A stretch of DNA of 64,000 nucleotides from the human T2T-CHM13v2.0 reference genome, Homo sapiens. Positions 42,806-58,283 of the stretch are shown here, in pieces (the first letter of the stretch is position 1; every line of letters begins with the position of its first letter). The stretch lies in the NCBI RefSeq assembly GCF_009914755.1, contig NC_060938.1; one strand, 5' to 3'. The notes under the pieces were generated by a model. It saw only the letters and a list, made by a program, of their open reading frames with translations. It did no database searches and was not told where the DNA came from. Both the position numbers and the translations under genes were made by a program.

Positions 42806-43605
42806 TGGCCAACAGGGCCATGACACATTTTTATATGAGAACTACTATTTCTGCCTACTTCATATGGATATCTGAGAGATGTGCCCAGCCTCAGGGAGCT
42901 GCTTCTCCCTCCAGGAGCTAACAGAGTTATGTGGTATTAGTCTGTCTGGGTCTTCATAAGAAGACAACAGGAGTGGGTGGCTTAAACAACAAACATTGAT
43001 TTTCTCACCATTCTGAAGTCTGAATGTCCAAGGTCCAGGTGCTGGCAGGGTTGGTTCTTGGTGCGGCTTCTTCTTGGCTTGCACCTTCTAGTCCACTATG
43101 TCTCCACATGGCCTCTTCTCTGCGTGCACGGGAAAAGTGAGAGGTCTCTGGTGACTCTTCCACTTCTTATAAAGACAACAGATCTATTGCATTAGAATCT
43201 CAGACTTATGATCACATTTAACCTTAATTCCATCCTTAAAATTCCAATATAGATCAATTGGATTTAAGGTTTCAGCATTTGAATTTCAAAGACAGCACAA
43301 TTCAACTGATGACACAAATCAAGAGATGGTGAGAAGTATTAGAATATATATTTTTTTTAATTAAGAAGGAAAAATGGGACATTCAGGAACTTGTAGGAAA
43401 GTTCCTAGTAATTAGTGACACTTTGACTGTAAGAGGAAAATTTGCCTTCCTCCTTCCTTTCCTACCACAAGGATGTGAGGAAGCAGAACCACAGATAATA
43501 AAGAAAGAGGAGGCCTGGGGACAGCTGAGGTGCTGGCGAGGAGGGAGAGCACTGAGCTGATGAGGAAGCCCCGCCCTCCCTGCACCTGCTCCTGACCCGG
43601 CCTCA

Positions 43606-44158
<553 letters not shown>

Positions 44159-44217
44159 GTTCTTGCACAGGAGGTCCAGGACTCTCAGAAAGTATTTCCC
44201 ATGTGAGCAGGACCCTG

Positions 44218-44270
44218 AATTTAAGGAAATGTGTGGTGGTTTTCTGTGGGTGCCTAAGTGAGATTTGCAT
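44218..44270 (-). promoter_or_regulatory. VH4 promoter: octamer plus TTAAATT box
   Basis: ATGCAAAT at 44270-44263. Confidence 0.88.
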
Positions 44271-46358
44271 GTGGGTGGTGCCTCTGTATGGACAGGTGAA
44301 AAGGGATGAGGGAGGCCCCAGTCTTTTAGACTCTCCCTGGGAGGAGGATGCTGGCTGTGCCCTCTGAGAATTCAGTTATCTTCCTGGGGCCTCAACTCAC
44401 TATGTCCTGGCTCCTCTTTTCCCAGGTGAGGAAACAGATTGGAACAGCAGCTTAATGTAACAATCACTTGAGTTCAGACACACCAGGATTCACTTAATGT
44501 TATTTTTAGTTCAGAACCTCTATCAGGTTTAGAGGGAATCGCTCTGTCCCAGGGAGTGGATCTTACAATAGCAAAACGGTCTTAGAAAACCCAACATAAT
44601 CTACAGCGAGACCTCAGCATGGCAAGCAAGGAATCACTAAAGCCACCAGGGAGATCCGGATGCACTGATACGATCCAGAAACATAGCGAGTCCGGGAACT
44701 GATGCGGACTTTGAGGCAGCCTCTTTTTTTTTTTTTTTTTTTTTTTAAGGATTCTGTGGTTGAAGGTCACAACACTGGGCCTGACTGCTCCCTGAACCAA
44801 GCCCAGCACCGTGTGGTTCACCCCAGTGACATTTTCAGAACTTTCTTCCTGTAATGAAAGCACGGTGTGATGTGTATGCACTATTGTGTTTACCTAATGA
44901 ATGTAAAGAGAAGCACATTTCATGCAGCTGTATTTTCATAAATGTCAGACACTCATCATGTTAGTGTCTATTTTTCCATGAATCTGTACTGAACAAATTA
45001 TTCATTCATTGATTTGTAATAGTCTTATTGAGACATTATTACTATACATTAAATATTGCAAAAAGTGTGTGGTTTAATAAGTACTCAAGCCAAGCCAAAC
45101 CTCCTGGCACACAACGGTAGTTCCAGCTACTTAGATGGCAGATGCAGGAGTATTGTTGGAGACCAGAAGTTAGAGGCTACATTGAACTATGATCCCACCA
45201 CTACACTCCAGCCTGGGTCACAGAGAAGGACCACATCTCTTCAGAAAAACAAACAAACAAACAAAACAAAATGTTATTCCACTCGTGCTCACCTTTGCAT
45301 CCCCAAAAGCCATCCAAATAATGAACAAACAAATTACACTTAAAAGTTTCCTTGTGTTCCTCTACAATTCCTCCTTCCCAAATATTTTCTTCCCCACCAT
45401 ATTCTGAGTCAGTCCTTCATATTTAATGCTTTAGTTTTGAGTTTCAAGAATTATACAGGAATTATATAGTATGTGTTCTATTTGTGTGGCTTCTCGCACA
45501 TAACTACTTATGATGCAAACATGTTGAGCATCAACAATGTATTGATTCTCATGATGGATGTTATTACAGTAAATTAGCATGCCATTACTTTTTATCTATG
45601 TATCTTCTTGATATTTGTATCATTTCTAGTTTCTTAGTATTACACATAGAGGTGCTTCTCAGCTTGGAGATGTAAGCACCCCATAAAAATATGTTATTAT
45701 TCTTACAACAGCTACTAAACTTACTGATCTGCAAATTAGCACATATACATCAAATTTTTGATGTTATAGGACAAACAATATATCTGAAATCTGAAGAGAG
45801 ATAAGGACTTGCAGGGAAATAAACAGGAGCAGATGATAATCTTTTCTGGCACAGAGGCTGCCAAATGCCATTTAAGTTAGCACACGATTAAAGTAGACAT
45901 ATTCATTGGATGGTTTCAATTTGAGTATGATAGAGAAGTTATTGTTTAAATTCTCAGAGTGTATACAGTTGAGGAATTCCTCCTGCTATTGAAGCCTTTT
46001 TCTTCAGTACTGGGGATACATCACAAAATGCTCCACCCTCTACCCCTTGGGATGGTGCTGTCTGGGAAAGCAAAACAGCAACTATAGGTGAAGTGCATCC
46101 AGACACACCTCCCCATCAGCACTACATTGCAAGAGAAATTATCTGCAGAGGTAAAGCCATCAAAACTGCTGTTCTACAGCCACTGGAGAAACCAATAAGA
46201 ACTGGGACGGGAGAGAGGAATGCACCAAGTCCCTGTCCAGGCCCACCTCCCGACTTCCCTTAGGAATAATGCCTTATTCAAAAGGAAAAGGCAGAAACTG
46301 AAGAAATCAGTGGGAAGACATAGTGGCTGCTGAAGGAACATATGAATAAAAATGAAGA

Positions 46359-46698
<340 letters not shown>

Positions 46699-48897
46699 CT
46701 AGCTACTTGCTAGTCAGGAGGTTGAGGTGGGAGGATTCTATGAGCCAGGAATTTGAAATCACCGTGAGCTATGTTATGATCACACCACTGCAGTCCAACC
46801 TGCACAACAGAGTGAGACTCCGTCTCCAAAAAAAAAATTAATTAAGAACTCTACACAATTGTAAAGCTACTCAAATAGAGGAAGTTAAACTGTGCATCCT
46901 CACATATCATCAGGCACTTCTGATATTTTGAAGAAGACAGGTGACCTAAGACCTTCAGAATAAGCTGATGATCTCAAATCATGAGAAGCTTCCACACAAG
47001 ACATTGGACCAGAATCCTCCTCCATATCCTACTCATTATTCTTTGCTTATAAACAGTCTTCTCATTTTCTGCAGACCTGGCTGTTGTCCACCCATATTGG
47101 AGTCTTGTCTCTTTTCTTACTCATCATTTGTATACTTGCTATTTAGAGTAAGTCATCAGACTCTGTGTTTAGGCCTGACTGCTGATAACTTCAGGCTCAT
47201 TCCTCCATCATCTCTTTTTTTAAGCATACAAGGTAAATCTAGTTAGAAATCACAGGAGCTCCCTCATTTGATGCCAATTTGACCTTGAAACCCCACAAAA
47301 CCCTTCCTGCAAGTAGGATGCTCTGCCCCGCTCCCCACCAAGCCATGATAACAACCCAGAGCCAGTCTCCTTCCCTGCTCTATCAAGCCACTTTGGACCT
47401 TAATGAGAGACCTGCCCTGCTCTCAGCAGACACCTTAAGGATGCAGGTAACTATCCTTTCCATACTCACTTGGTGTGAGTGTGTGGCATAATCACACTCA
47501 ACATCCACAGAAAATTTTAGTCGAGATCTCTTGGCATTGGCATGGTGTCGGCTACAATGGATGCTGGGAGCTTGGTGTCATTGCTCCTTCCAAAGGACAT
47601 GCCTGCTCCCTGAGTTAACTCCCAGACGCAGTTGGACAGGCCTCCTGGGGTCTGAGAAGCTCCTTTCATGTACTGAAATCCTGTCATTATGTTTTTGTAT
47701 TCTAGTGTCTCCCTAAAAGTACAGTGAGACCCAGGGTCCATTCATGTGTGTATTCAGGACTCTCTGAATTTTATGTATTTTATTCATCTCTCTCTACTAC
47801 CTTTTCTACCAAATTAGATATTTTAAAATTTGCAATATTTTAATGAGGTGAAATTAGCAAATAAGAACCTTTACATAAAGTGTACAATTTTACAAATAGT
47901 GACATAATCCTCACTTTTACTAACAGAGAAAAAATTATCCTAGAAATTTCCTTTTGCTCTCCTGTCGTTTCTCCTTTCTATACCTTCTCTTCTTGTACCA
48001 TGTCCCCAGTCAACTACAGATCTTTTTATGTAACTTTAAGTTCATTTTTACTTTATAGAAATTATAGAAGTGGAATCATATGTATGCACTTTTATTTGTT
48101 TGACTTATTTTACTTATTCAGGTACTTGTTATTTTAAGCATGGTACTGAGTGTATCCAGCAGTACTTCATTGTAACAGTGGGTATTATTCCAGTAAATGA
48201 ATTTTCCACAATTTGTTTACCAGTTAAGCTGCTGAATAACAGCTGAATCGCTTTTGGTCTCTGGGTATAATAAACAAAGATGCTACTTAGCTTAGAGAAG
48301 TAACAAGCTGAGAAACACACGGTTCTTATTTTTACATAACATGAATAGCAGGCAAAGCAGAAAAGCTGCACACTAATCAATTTGCTTCAATACATCAGAT
48401 AATTGAAGTTGGGAAGCTCTGTGTGTGTCAGTTCATGTGTTTTTGTGCGACAGAGAGAAGGGAGGAGGAGAGACCATGCCAAAATGAGACCCTACCTGTT
48501 TTGACCATAATGTATGAGGTAATCAAGTAAATACAGGAACTTAGCCCTTGATGGACAAGGTCCACATAAGATGGAGAGGACAACTGGATGCACCTCCATT
48601 TGGGTATACATTAGTATTTACATAAATGCCATTTTCTAATCATATCAACACTCAGACACATTAGAAGAGATGTAGTGGAGGGTGTCTGGTGGTGAAATAT
48701 GATGGTGAGAACAACCCACATCTACAGCCCCTTTTCTGCCCTGTTGCACTTGCCCTGATGATGAGCCTTGATCCTGCTCATCTTGACCCCCAACAATCAT
48801 GCTAAGCCCCCATACTGCCCCGAATGCCCCCTGCTGCTCCTATTCACCCCTGCAGGGAGGTTTGTGTCTAGGCTCACAATGAAGGCCCTTCATTGCG

Positions 48898-49180
48898 TCT
48901 TTTGCTTCAAAATGTGTAGTTGTGTGTTCACTGGGCACAGAGCTCAGCTGTAAGAACTGTTTCTTGGATCTGGATATGGACTCTTGAGAAGTGGGATGTA
49001 ATTTTTGCTCCCTTTACAACCCATGAACCTGATCCACTCCTGTCCATCTTCTAGGGGCAAGCAGATACAATTCTAGCAGGACACACTGGTTATGATGGGG
49101 AATCCAGAGACAGTGCAGGTGAGGGAGAGGGTCTGTGAGGATGTCTCAAGCCAGAAGTGCACTGGAAAACACAGTTGTTG
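48898..49180 (-). pseudogene. IGHVII-31-1: IGHV(II)-31-1 pseudogene
   Basis: Degenerate VH4-like V; RSS CGCAATG-23-ACACAAACC (48859-48897); lies between IGHV4-31 and IGHV3-32. Confidence 0.8.
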
Positions 49181-50578
49181 ATGTTAACAGTTTCTGGACA
49201 ACACGGTGAAATTCCCAAATACATGCATTTTTTATGAGCACAAGGAGCTCACTCTTGTCCAATTTGTGAGTCTCCTAGAACAATTCAGTAGATTTTGAGG
49301 TTAGATTAAAAAGTATTATCACATGCTCCTTTCCTCAAACTTGCAACCAAATAAAAAAGAGAAACTGCTGTTTAGAAAAATGAACATTGAATTATTACCA
49401 CGGTGTGTGATAATGATGATTTTTAGAATATGATTGATCTGTGATAACCTGAAGACTGTCCTAATTCTGAGCCCACAATTAGACCTGAGCAGCAATCACA
49501 GGGAGTGAAACACCTGACTCAGTGAAGCTGCACCTGGGGGTCTCCGCAGGCCCTGAGTGGTACAGGAACAGCTCCTCCATCAGACTCAGTCTAAGGAGAA
49601 CTTCTGCTCTTTATCTGGGGAGGTGAGGGTGAGTGCGTGGAAAGTACCAAACTTGCTCTAATCAAGATCTCTGCATGTGGGGAGAACCAAAGTATATGAG
49701 AAACAACTGGTTTCAGTTTAGGTCGAACAATTTCTCATGAGAAGGGCAATACCATGTCTGGATCCTGCACAGAATTAAGAAACAATGAACTTGGGGTAAA
49801 GTTGAAAATTACAATTGTTTGCAGATTGTGTTATTAATTATCTATGTCATCTGAGAAAATGAATTAAATCACATGGTTTTTATACAAAAATTAACAAACA
49901 GCGTGCTGGCCCTGAGAATGCACCTCCAATCCCTCCAATATCCAGGAGCCCAATAGACCAGGCAGCCAGCTGCTGCACTGCACTCTAACACCCATCACCT
50001 GTGTGTGCCAAAGACACCCATCCTGGGAGCTCCTCCCAGACGATGGCTGTGCACAGTGGAGATACTGAGGCATGGCTGCTGCTGGGACACATGGGAGATC
50101 CCTGATGGACAACTGTGCTCAGCGAGGCACCAATGGCCTTGCTGGACTTAGCTTGGACCACGGGGTCATCAGGGAAGCTCCATCAAACTCCCACCCTTCT
50201 CCAGCACTAGTTTTGGGTCTGGCATTGTGGGGTGGCAGTGTCTACAGACTCACGCGGCTCCTATGCATTTTTATGCCTCCAAAACTTACATCTGTTTTTG
50301 GGACATATGAGAATATTTCCTCTTTTAAATTAGTTTTCTAATCCAGGGACCTCATGGTGGGCACAAAACATAAATATACAGAGGTTCAGAGGGGAAATAT
50401 TAGAAGCAGAGGAAACCACAGACCCTGAAGGAAAGCAGCCCTTACCCTCCCTCCATCTGCACCTGCCTTGGGGCTGCACCTGTTTTGTGAGTGCTGAGTG
50501 TCCCCTTCGGCCCAGACTCCTTTCTTCTTTTTGCAGGAAATGTTGTGTCTGGACTCACACCGATATTTCCTCACTTGG

Positions 50579-51036
50579 GACCTTATGTATAGCCATACAC
50601 GGCCACGTCCTCAGCTCTCTGAGTGTTCATTTGCAGATACAGAGAGTTCTTAGCATTGTCTTTGGAGATGGAGAATCTGCCCTTCACAGAGTCTGCATGG
50701 TGTATCTGACTTCCATCATCTTTTATATCTATTACTCACTCCAGCCCCTTGCCTGGAGACTGGTGAACTCGGCTCATTCAGAAGCTACTGAAGGCGAATC
50801 TAGAGGCTACACAGGAGAGTCTCAGGAACTTCCCAGGTTGTCTCAGGTCCTCTATGGACTCTATCAGCTCCACCTCACACTGAACACCTGAAAATACACA
50901 CACATCCTGGTCAGAAACTGGCAAACATATCCACTGTTTCTCTCACTCATATCCACTCACTCTCACTCACTCTAGTTCCCTAGGAGTCACCTTTTAAAAT
51001 ACCAACAAGAAAAATTCAGCTTAATTCACACCCCAT
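50579..51036 (-). pseudogene. IGHV3-32: IGHV3-32 pseudogene
   Basis: ATG 51036 with stop in the leader; V exon from 50887 ([15 protein letters not shown]...), ending TATACATAAGGTC; heptamer CCAAGTG; position before IGHV3-33. Confidence 0.87.
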
Positions 51037-51710
51037 AGTGAGTTCTCTGTGTTCAGTCCTGATTACCAAATGGAAACCCCTGGGAATCCCAGGGCTGTGG
51101 CTGTTCTCCCAGAGCTGCAGGGTCAGGTCTGGGCTTGATTTCACCAGGAGAGGGAGGGCCCTGTTTTCATGCCTCCTCCTCTATAGCAAGCTCCAGTGTG
51201 GGACGCCTGAGAAGAAGGCAGTGCCCAGAGCAGACGTCAGACTCCAGGAGGACTTTAGTGGCAATGGTAGCATTTGGAAAAATATTACTTATAATGTGAC
51301 TGTGCCATAAAACTCATTTAGCAATTATGATTTTTGTTTTTACACATGTGTACAAATACAAATATAACTGCATTAAGCAAACTGTAAGAGATATAAAGAA
51401 ATAGAAAACAATACAAAAATAACACAAGACCTTAATACCTCATGACCATAATGTTTAGCAAATCCAGAAAGAAAATTCTCAATGTGCCTCTGAACTTGAA
51501 CAACACTATTGAACAAATTTATCTGAATGATATTTACAGAACCTTCCAACCAAGAGTCACGTAATACACATCCTTCTCAAGAACACATTGAACATTCTCC
51601 ATGATAGGTTATCTGTTACATCATAAAATGAACCTTAACATTTAAAGAAGTAATAGCAGCCCTTCTGTAACTCTTTCAAAAATTGGTGGAGTCCACCTTC
51701 CAAACTCTTT

Positions 51711-52235
51711 ATATATATATAGTAAATAAACTTTATGTTTCTCAGAGATGACACTGTAAACAGTCACAGATTTGCATACAATACAATTATGTATTGGCTA
51801 TTTACAATTTACAGTAGTGGTTCTTCCTCTGAAAAATATAAGTACAAAAGCTAAGTAAACAATGAGGTACTGCCATTTGGGATTTATTATGTGTCATAGC
51901 TTAAAGAACTGGCCTTTAGCAAATATTAAACAAATCAACCTGAATAAAATAGTCAATTAAATGATTTATTTTTACTAATTTATTGGAAAAAATTCCACCA
52001 GGTTTCACCTCAAAATGTATTGCATATGTCTAAAAACAAACTTAAAAATAAATAGGAAAGGTAAGCAGTTCTTCAAAAAGAATGGAAGAAAGGAATAGAA
52101 TGAAAGCTCATAAACCAGGTTAAGTCATTCTGAATATCTTTTAAACAACATAAAATTCTTCCCAACAGAAAAGTGAAGAAAAAACTATCACCATTTCTCC
52201 ACTGATAAAATCTATTTTAAAGGTAGTCTGCCATA
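51711..52235 (-). pseudogene. Processed-pseudogene fragment (probable GOLGA4 retrocopy), copy 3
   Basis: TSD CACCTTC(C/T)AAACTCTTT at 51694-51710 and 52236-52252 (16/17 identical). Confidence 0.6.
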
Positions 52236-54058
52236 CACCTTCTAAACTCTTTCTATGAGACTACCATGATAGTATTACCAGTAATAGACAAAGGCACCAC
52301 AATAAAGGAAACTACAGACCAATATCATTAGTAGACATGAATTAATCCCCAACAATAGTAAACTAAGCTCCAAAGTGTTTTAGAAGACATACACCATGAC
52401 CAACTCAAATTTCTTCCTGAGATGCATACTTGATTCAACATTCTCAAATCAATCAGTTTGGTACACATTAAAAAACTAAAGAAAAAATATCTCAGTAACA
52501 TTTCATCAGACACAGAAAAAGACTTTGAAAAAAATCAGTTTCATTATTAAAACTATGAACAAAGTAGGAAGACAAGAAAACAACTTGAACATAATAAAAG
52601 CCGTTAAGAAAGGCCACAGCTATTATTACACTCAATAGTAAAAGGTTAGAATATTTTGGTACAATATCTGTAACAAGGCAAGAAGAAAGCTTTAGGCATT
52701 TCACTTCCAGGCCTCAACATTTATTAAAAACATAGAAAGTTTTGGCTTAAATACCTATATAGAGCTTAGATATAAACCCACATATTGATGACAAGCTGAT
52801 TTTTAGCATGAGAACCATCAATATAACATGGCTAAATTGTAGTGTCTTCCAAAGAGGGTGGTATGAAAACTGGATTTTCCCATGAAAAGAATTAAGAATT
52901 TTAGGTTAGAATAAACACAAAAATTCACTCCAAATGCCTCAAATATCTAACTGTAATACCTCTAATTGTAAAACTCTCAACACTCAAAAAATTAGCAATC
53001 TTTTTCAGGATTTTACATTCAAATCACCTACAAAAAAAAGCAGAATTGAACAAGTGGGAATAGATTATGAAAAAGATTCTGCAAAGCAACAAAATAACTA
53101 CAACTTACAGAATTGGATAATATGCCATATATCTGAAAAAGTTTTCATGTCAAAATGGAAAAGAAACTTCTACAACTCAACAGCAAAAAGAAAAATAGCC
53201 TCATTTTTAATAATCAGTTTTACACCTTTAACACTGTAAGAACCTAGAACTCAGGTTAATGTTTTTCTCCATGGGCAACGGTCCGTCTTTGGGTCTACTT
53301 AGCTGGACAATACTGTGTATTGATTTGACAAAACAGTAATCCAGGTGGTGGTGTGAATTTTTAACAGACGTTATTGAAACTGGAATCAGTTGACTCTATG
53401 TTAGGTAGATTATCATTGATAACCTGCTTGGCCCTGATTCCATCAGAGCAGAACTGGAGAAGGTAAAACTCCACGGTGATTAAGCAGCTTCAGCTCTTTC
53501 TGAGACTTCTAGCCTGCACTTACTGATGGTCGGCCCTGAGGATATTGGATGTTCCAGCCATCTCCCAAAATTGTCATCCCCTGCATCTCACAGGGAAAAC
53601 ATCTTCCTTTTGCAAAAAGCAGGAAAAACAAATGGAAAAAGGAGAAAAACGACGAAAAAAGAAAGTAAATGGATTAGGAACAAAAGAAGCACCAGATCGG
53701 TGCTGATACTGATTTGCATACTTTCGTGTCAGGAGAAGGATCAGACGTGAAATCTGTGACGTTCTACATGACGCTGACCCTGGTTCAGCCTCTCTATTGT
53801 CTGTGACCAGGATCCATAAAGACTGTTCCAGTCAGGGAATCTCACGGAGGTCCCTGTCCTGGGTCTGATTGGAGAAGAATCACCAGGAAGCCCTGAGGTT
53901 ACTCAGGACTCTGATCCTTGTGACCATGGTTGAGGAATTTTCATCCGTGTCAGCGTCAATCTGCATTTTGTGCCAGGGAGAAAAGGTCCTCATATGCATA
54001 GAGAAGACATTGTTAGGCACAGTTTTCTAAATTTAAGAGGTTCCCTGGGGAACTGTCA

Positions 54059-54678
<620 letters not shown>

Positions 54679-54778
54679 GGTGAGTCCTCTGTGTTCAGTG
54701 CTGATCACCGAATGGAAACACCGCCGACTTCTAGTGCTGGGCTCCTCTCCCAGAGCTGCAGGGTCAGGGCTGGGCTGG

Positions 54779-54811
54779 TTTTCATCAGTAGAGGGAGGGC
54801 CCTATTTGCAT
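54779..54811 (-). promoter_or_regulatory. VH promoter: octamer plus TATA-like box
   Basis: ATGCAAAT at 54811-54804. Confidence 0.9.
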
Positions 54812-57140
54812 GTCCCCCACTATATAGCAAGCTCTGGGTGGGACATCTGAGGAGAGGCTGGGCTCAGGGCAGATGAAGTGTCCTGGGGGAGACTGGTAGT
54901 AATTCCATCATTCAGGAAAATATAGTTATATCTTATATGCTTGTGCCTTGATTAACACTTAGCTCTCATAACTTTCTTTTATTCTTACATATTTACACAA
55001 TATATTTAATGCAGGCTTCAATGTTATATTTTACAGGAGATAATTTACATAGAGAACACAGCAGTTGTGCAGTGTGTCTAAGATAACACATCTAAAAATT
55101 TAGTCCTATTACCTGGGCCTGTGCTCTAACCTCTGGAGGAGGCAGCTCCCCTGAGACAACTCCAGGGCAGCATGGCCCATGCCTAGTGAAGTCTGCAGGA
55201 TTCCCCATCTGTTATGACAACTTTCTGTAATTTATCTAAATACGCAGAGTGAACCATGGTTCATGTGTATGTTTTTGGAAATCAGTTATATTCCTTGTGT
55301 TAATATCGATCTATTTATTGATGCAATTCAGTCAAATATTATCTCATCAGTTTCTTTATTGCTTTATTCGAGTGTAATTAATAAATAATTCAAATTTATG
55401 GTGAATGATTTGAAAAATGTAGACCTATGTTTGCAACCATTTACTCAGCACTTCAATCAAGGTTTGAAAAAATTAATCCCTAAATCTTTCTCTTATTCCT
55501 CTGAAATTTAACTCACATCCCCATTACTCCCAATAGCATATTCTCAGAAACATTTAAATCTTCTCCATGTTAATTTATAATAGTGGCATCTTCTAAAATT
55601 TCTACAAATGTATCATGTAAAATTTACTCTTAATTCCTTAGTTTCTTTCACTCAGCACAATTCTTTGAGAATTTAGCCATGTTTTTTTCAATGAGTGAGG
55701 CATGACTTGATTTCAAGCTGCATTAGATTCCAGCACAGAAATATATGCCAAACTATTTAACTGTTCACCTGTAACGAAATGTGATTGTTCTCTCAGTTAA
55801 TGGATTTGATAGAGAAAAGCAGCTACTCGGCATGGGAATGTAAAAATGTGTAAACTATGAGCTTATTCTGACCTCATTAACAACAAAGCTGAACAACTAC
55901 AAATAAAAAAAAGAAAACCTTCAACATATCTGTGTTGATGTCAGAGAGAAAACAAACAATAAACAAAACCTGAAATCTGAGGAGAGAGGAGGCTGCAGAG
56001 AGAAGCAGGACCCATGTATTAGTGTACCTGGGGCAGATGCCACTGGATGGCATTTAAGATCGGAACAGGCTGGCTTGGAAATATTCAGTGAGTTGCGTGA
56101 GGATGCACGTGCTCATAGTGTTAGACTGTGAAGCTCCTGGTGCTTGCAGGCTTTTCCTACAGAATTATTATTAATATTCTTGCTGCACTTTATGCAAATA
56201 ATCAGGCCAAGTTTAAGACTAAAGTTTATTTTGCAAACAACTCAGTCTTATCATTATTTGCTGCCGACAAAAACCAAAACTGGAAAGAGAAACATTGTAT
56301 TTCAAAACATATCATACACTTGTCTTTAAATTCTAATCTCTTCAGTTGTTTAAGTATTTGCCTGCATTTTAGACTAACTCTGCTTATTCCTGAGCGCCAA
56401 TCAATGATCTCTGGCTACAGCCCAGAAGAAACAAAAAGCGATGGGGAATATAAAAAATCTGGATCAATATTTTAATTCTAAGCAATTATCGTTTAAATCA
56501 TGCCAGGTGATGGGAATGAATAGGGTGCCCCTAACCTGGAGGTTTCTTTGTTTGGGAAAATAAATCCCAGGGAGCTGACAAAAGCCAAGCCCCATGCGCC
56601 CAAACCTTAGCAGGCATAACTACAGCTGCAGTTATCTAGGAATGTCAGCAGCCTTGGAATTTTCTTTCAAGCTGTCCTTGCCACCTTGTTTGGTTTTCAT
56701 ACATGTCTTCTAATAACCAGATTTGCCTCTTCTCATTTTCAGACCATCAAACTCCAAATGGTCATGCAACTGAAGCCTGGGATAATGGCTCCCTTTTCCT
56801 GGGGTCCCTTAGACCTCCAAGAGAGATCTTCCCCAAACAGCATCCCTCCTCAGCTGGAAGCAGTTAAGACTTGTCTTTGTCTCTATTCTAATGACAGTTA
56901 GATGTACTTCTTCAAAGAGGAAAATGCTAGAGGTAGAAGGCAGAGAACTCTCCTAGGCAGGTAGGGAAGAGTCCCCATAGAATCTCCAACGCCCCAGGGT
57001 CATAGTGCACAGGGAGTTGCCTAGACATGCCTGCAGTGAAAATTGTTAATGTTGTCTTTATCCCTCTCGGAATAAATAGCCACACATAATAATCTAGCTG
57101 CATGAAGATAAAAATTAACTAGTTTGAAATTAGAACAATT

Positions 57141-57605
57141 CCCTATTCACAATAGCAAAGACTTGGAACCAACCCAAATGTCCAACAATGATACACTGGA
57201 TTAAGAAAATGTGGCACATATGCATCATGGAATCCTATGCAGCCATAAAAAATGATGAGTTCATGTCCTTTGTAGGGACATGGATGAAGCTGGAAACCAT
57301 CATTCTCAGCAAACTATCGCAAGGACAAAAAACCAAACAACACATGTTCTCACTCCTAGGTGGGAATTGAACAATGAGAACACATGGACACAGGAAGGGG
57401 AACATCACACACTGGGGCCTGTTGTGGGGTGGGGGGAGGGGGGAGGGATAGCTTTAGGAGATATACCTAATGTTAAATGACGAGTTAATGGGTGCAGCAC
57501 ACCAACATGGCACATGTATACATATGTAACTAACCTGCACATTGTGCACATGTACCCTAAAACTTAAAGTTAAAAAAAAAACAACCAGAGAAGTGGGAAA
57601 AAAAA
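57141..57605 (+). mobile_element. L1PA 3' end, copy 3
   Basis: Same TSD (57126-57140 and 57606-57620). Confidence 0.93.
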
Positions 57606-57962
57606 GAAATTAGAACAATTACCAATAAAATCAAAGTTAGCATGTGGTTTATAATATTAATAGACAAGAGACATGGCTGAATGCTAAGAATGTGTTCACA
57701 TCTATTATATGTCATGATCAGGAAAATATTTTATATATTCTTTAGGTAAGAGTCCCATTGAGAGGATTGATTAACATTGATGTATAATACCTCAATAATA
57801 AAAGTAAAGGTTATTAACTAGTAATTTGTATTAAGAACACAAACTTTCATTTAGGATATATTCTTCTATGTGTTAGGAAATCAACTCAGAAGGCAGGAAA
57901 CATTGAACTTATTAGAGATGTTTAATAAATTAAAAATGAGAATTAAGTACATATGCTTTTAG

Positions 57963-58283
<321 letters not shown>
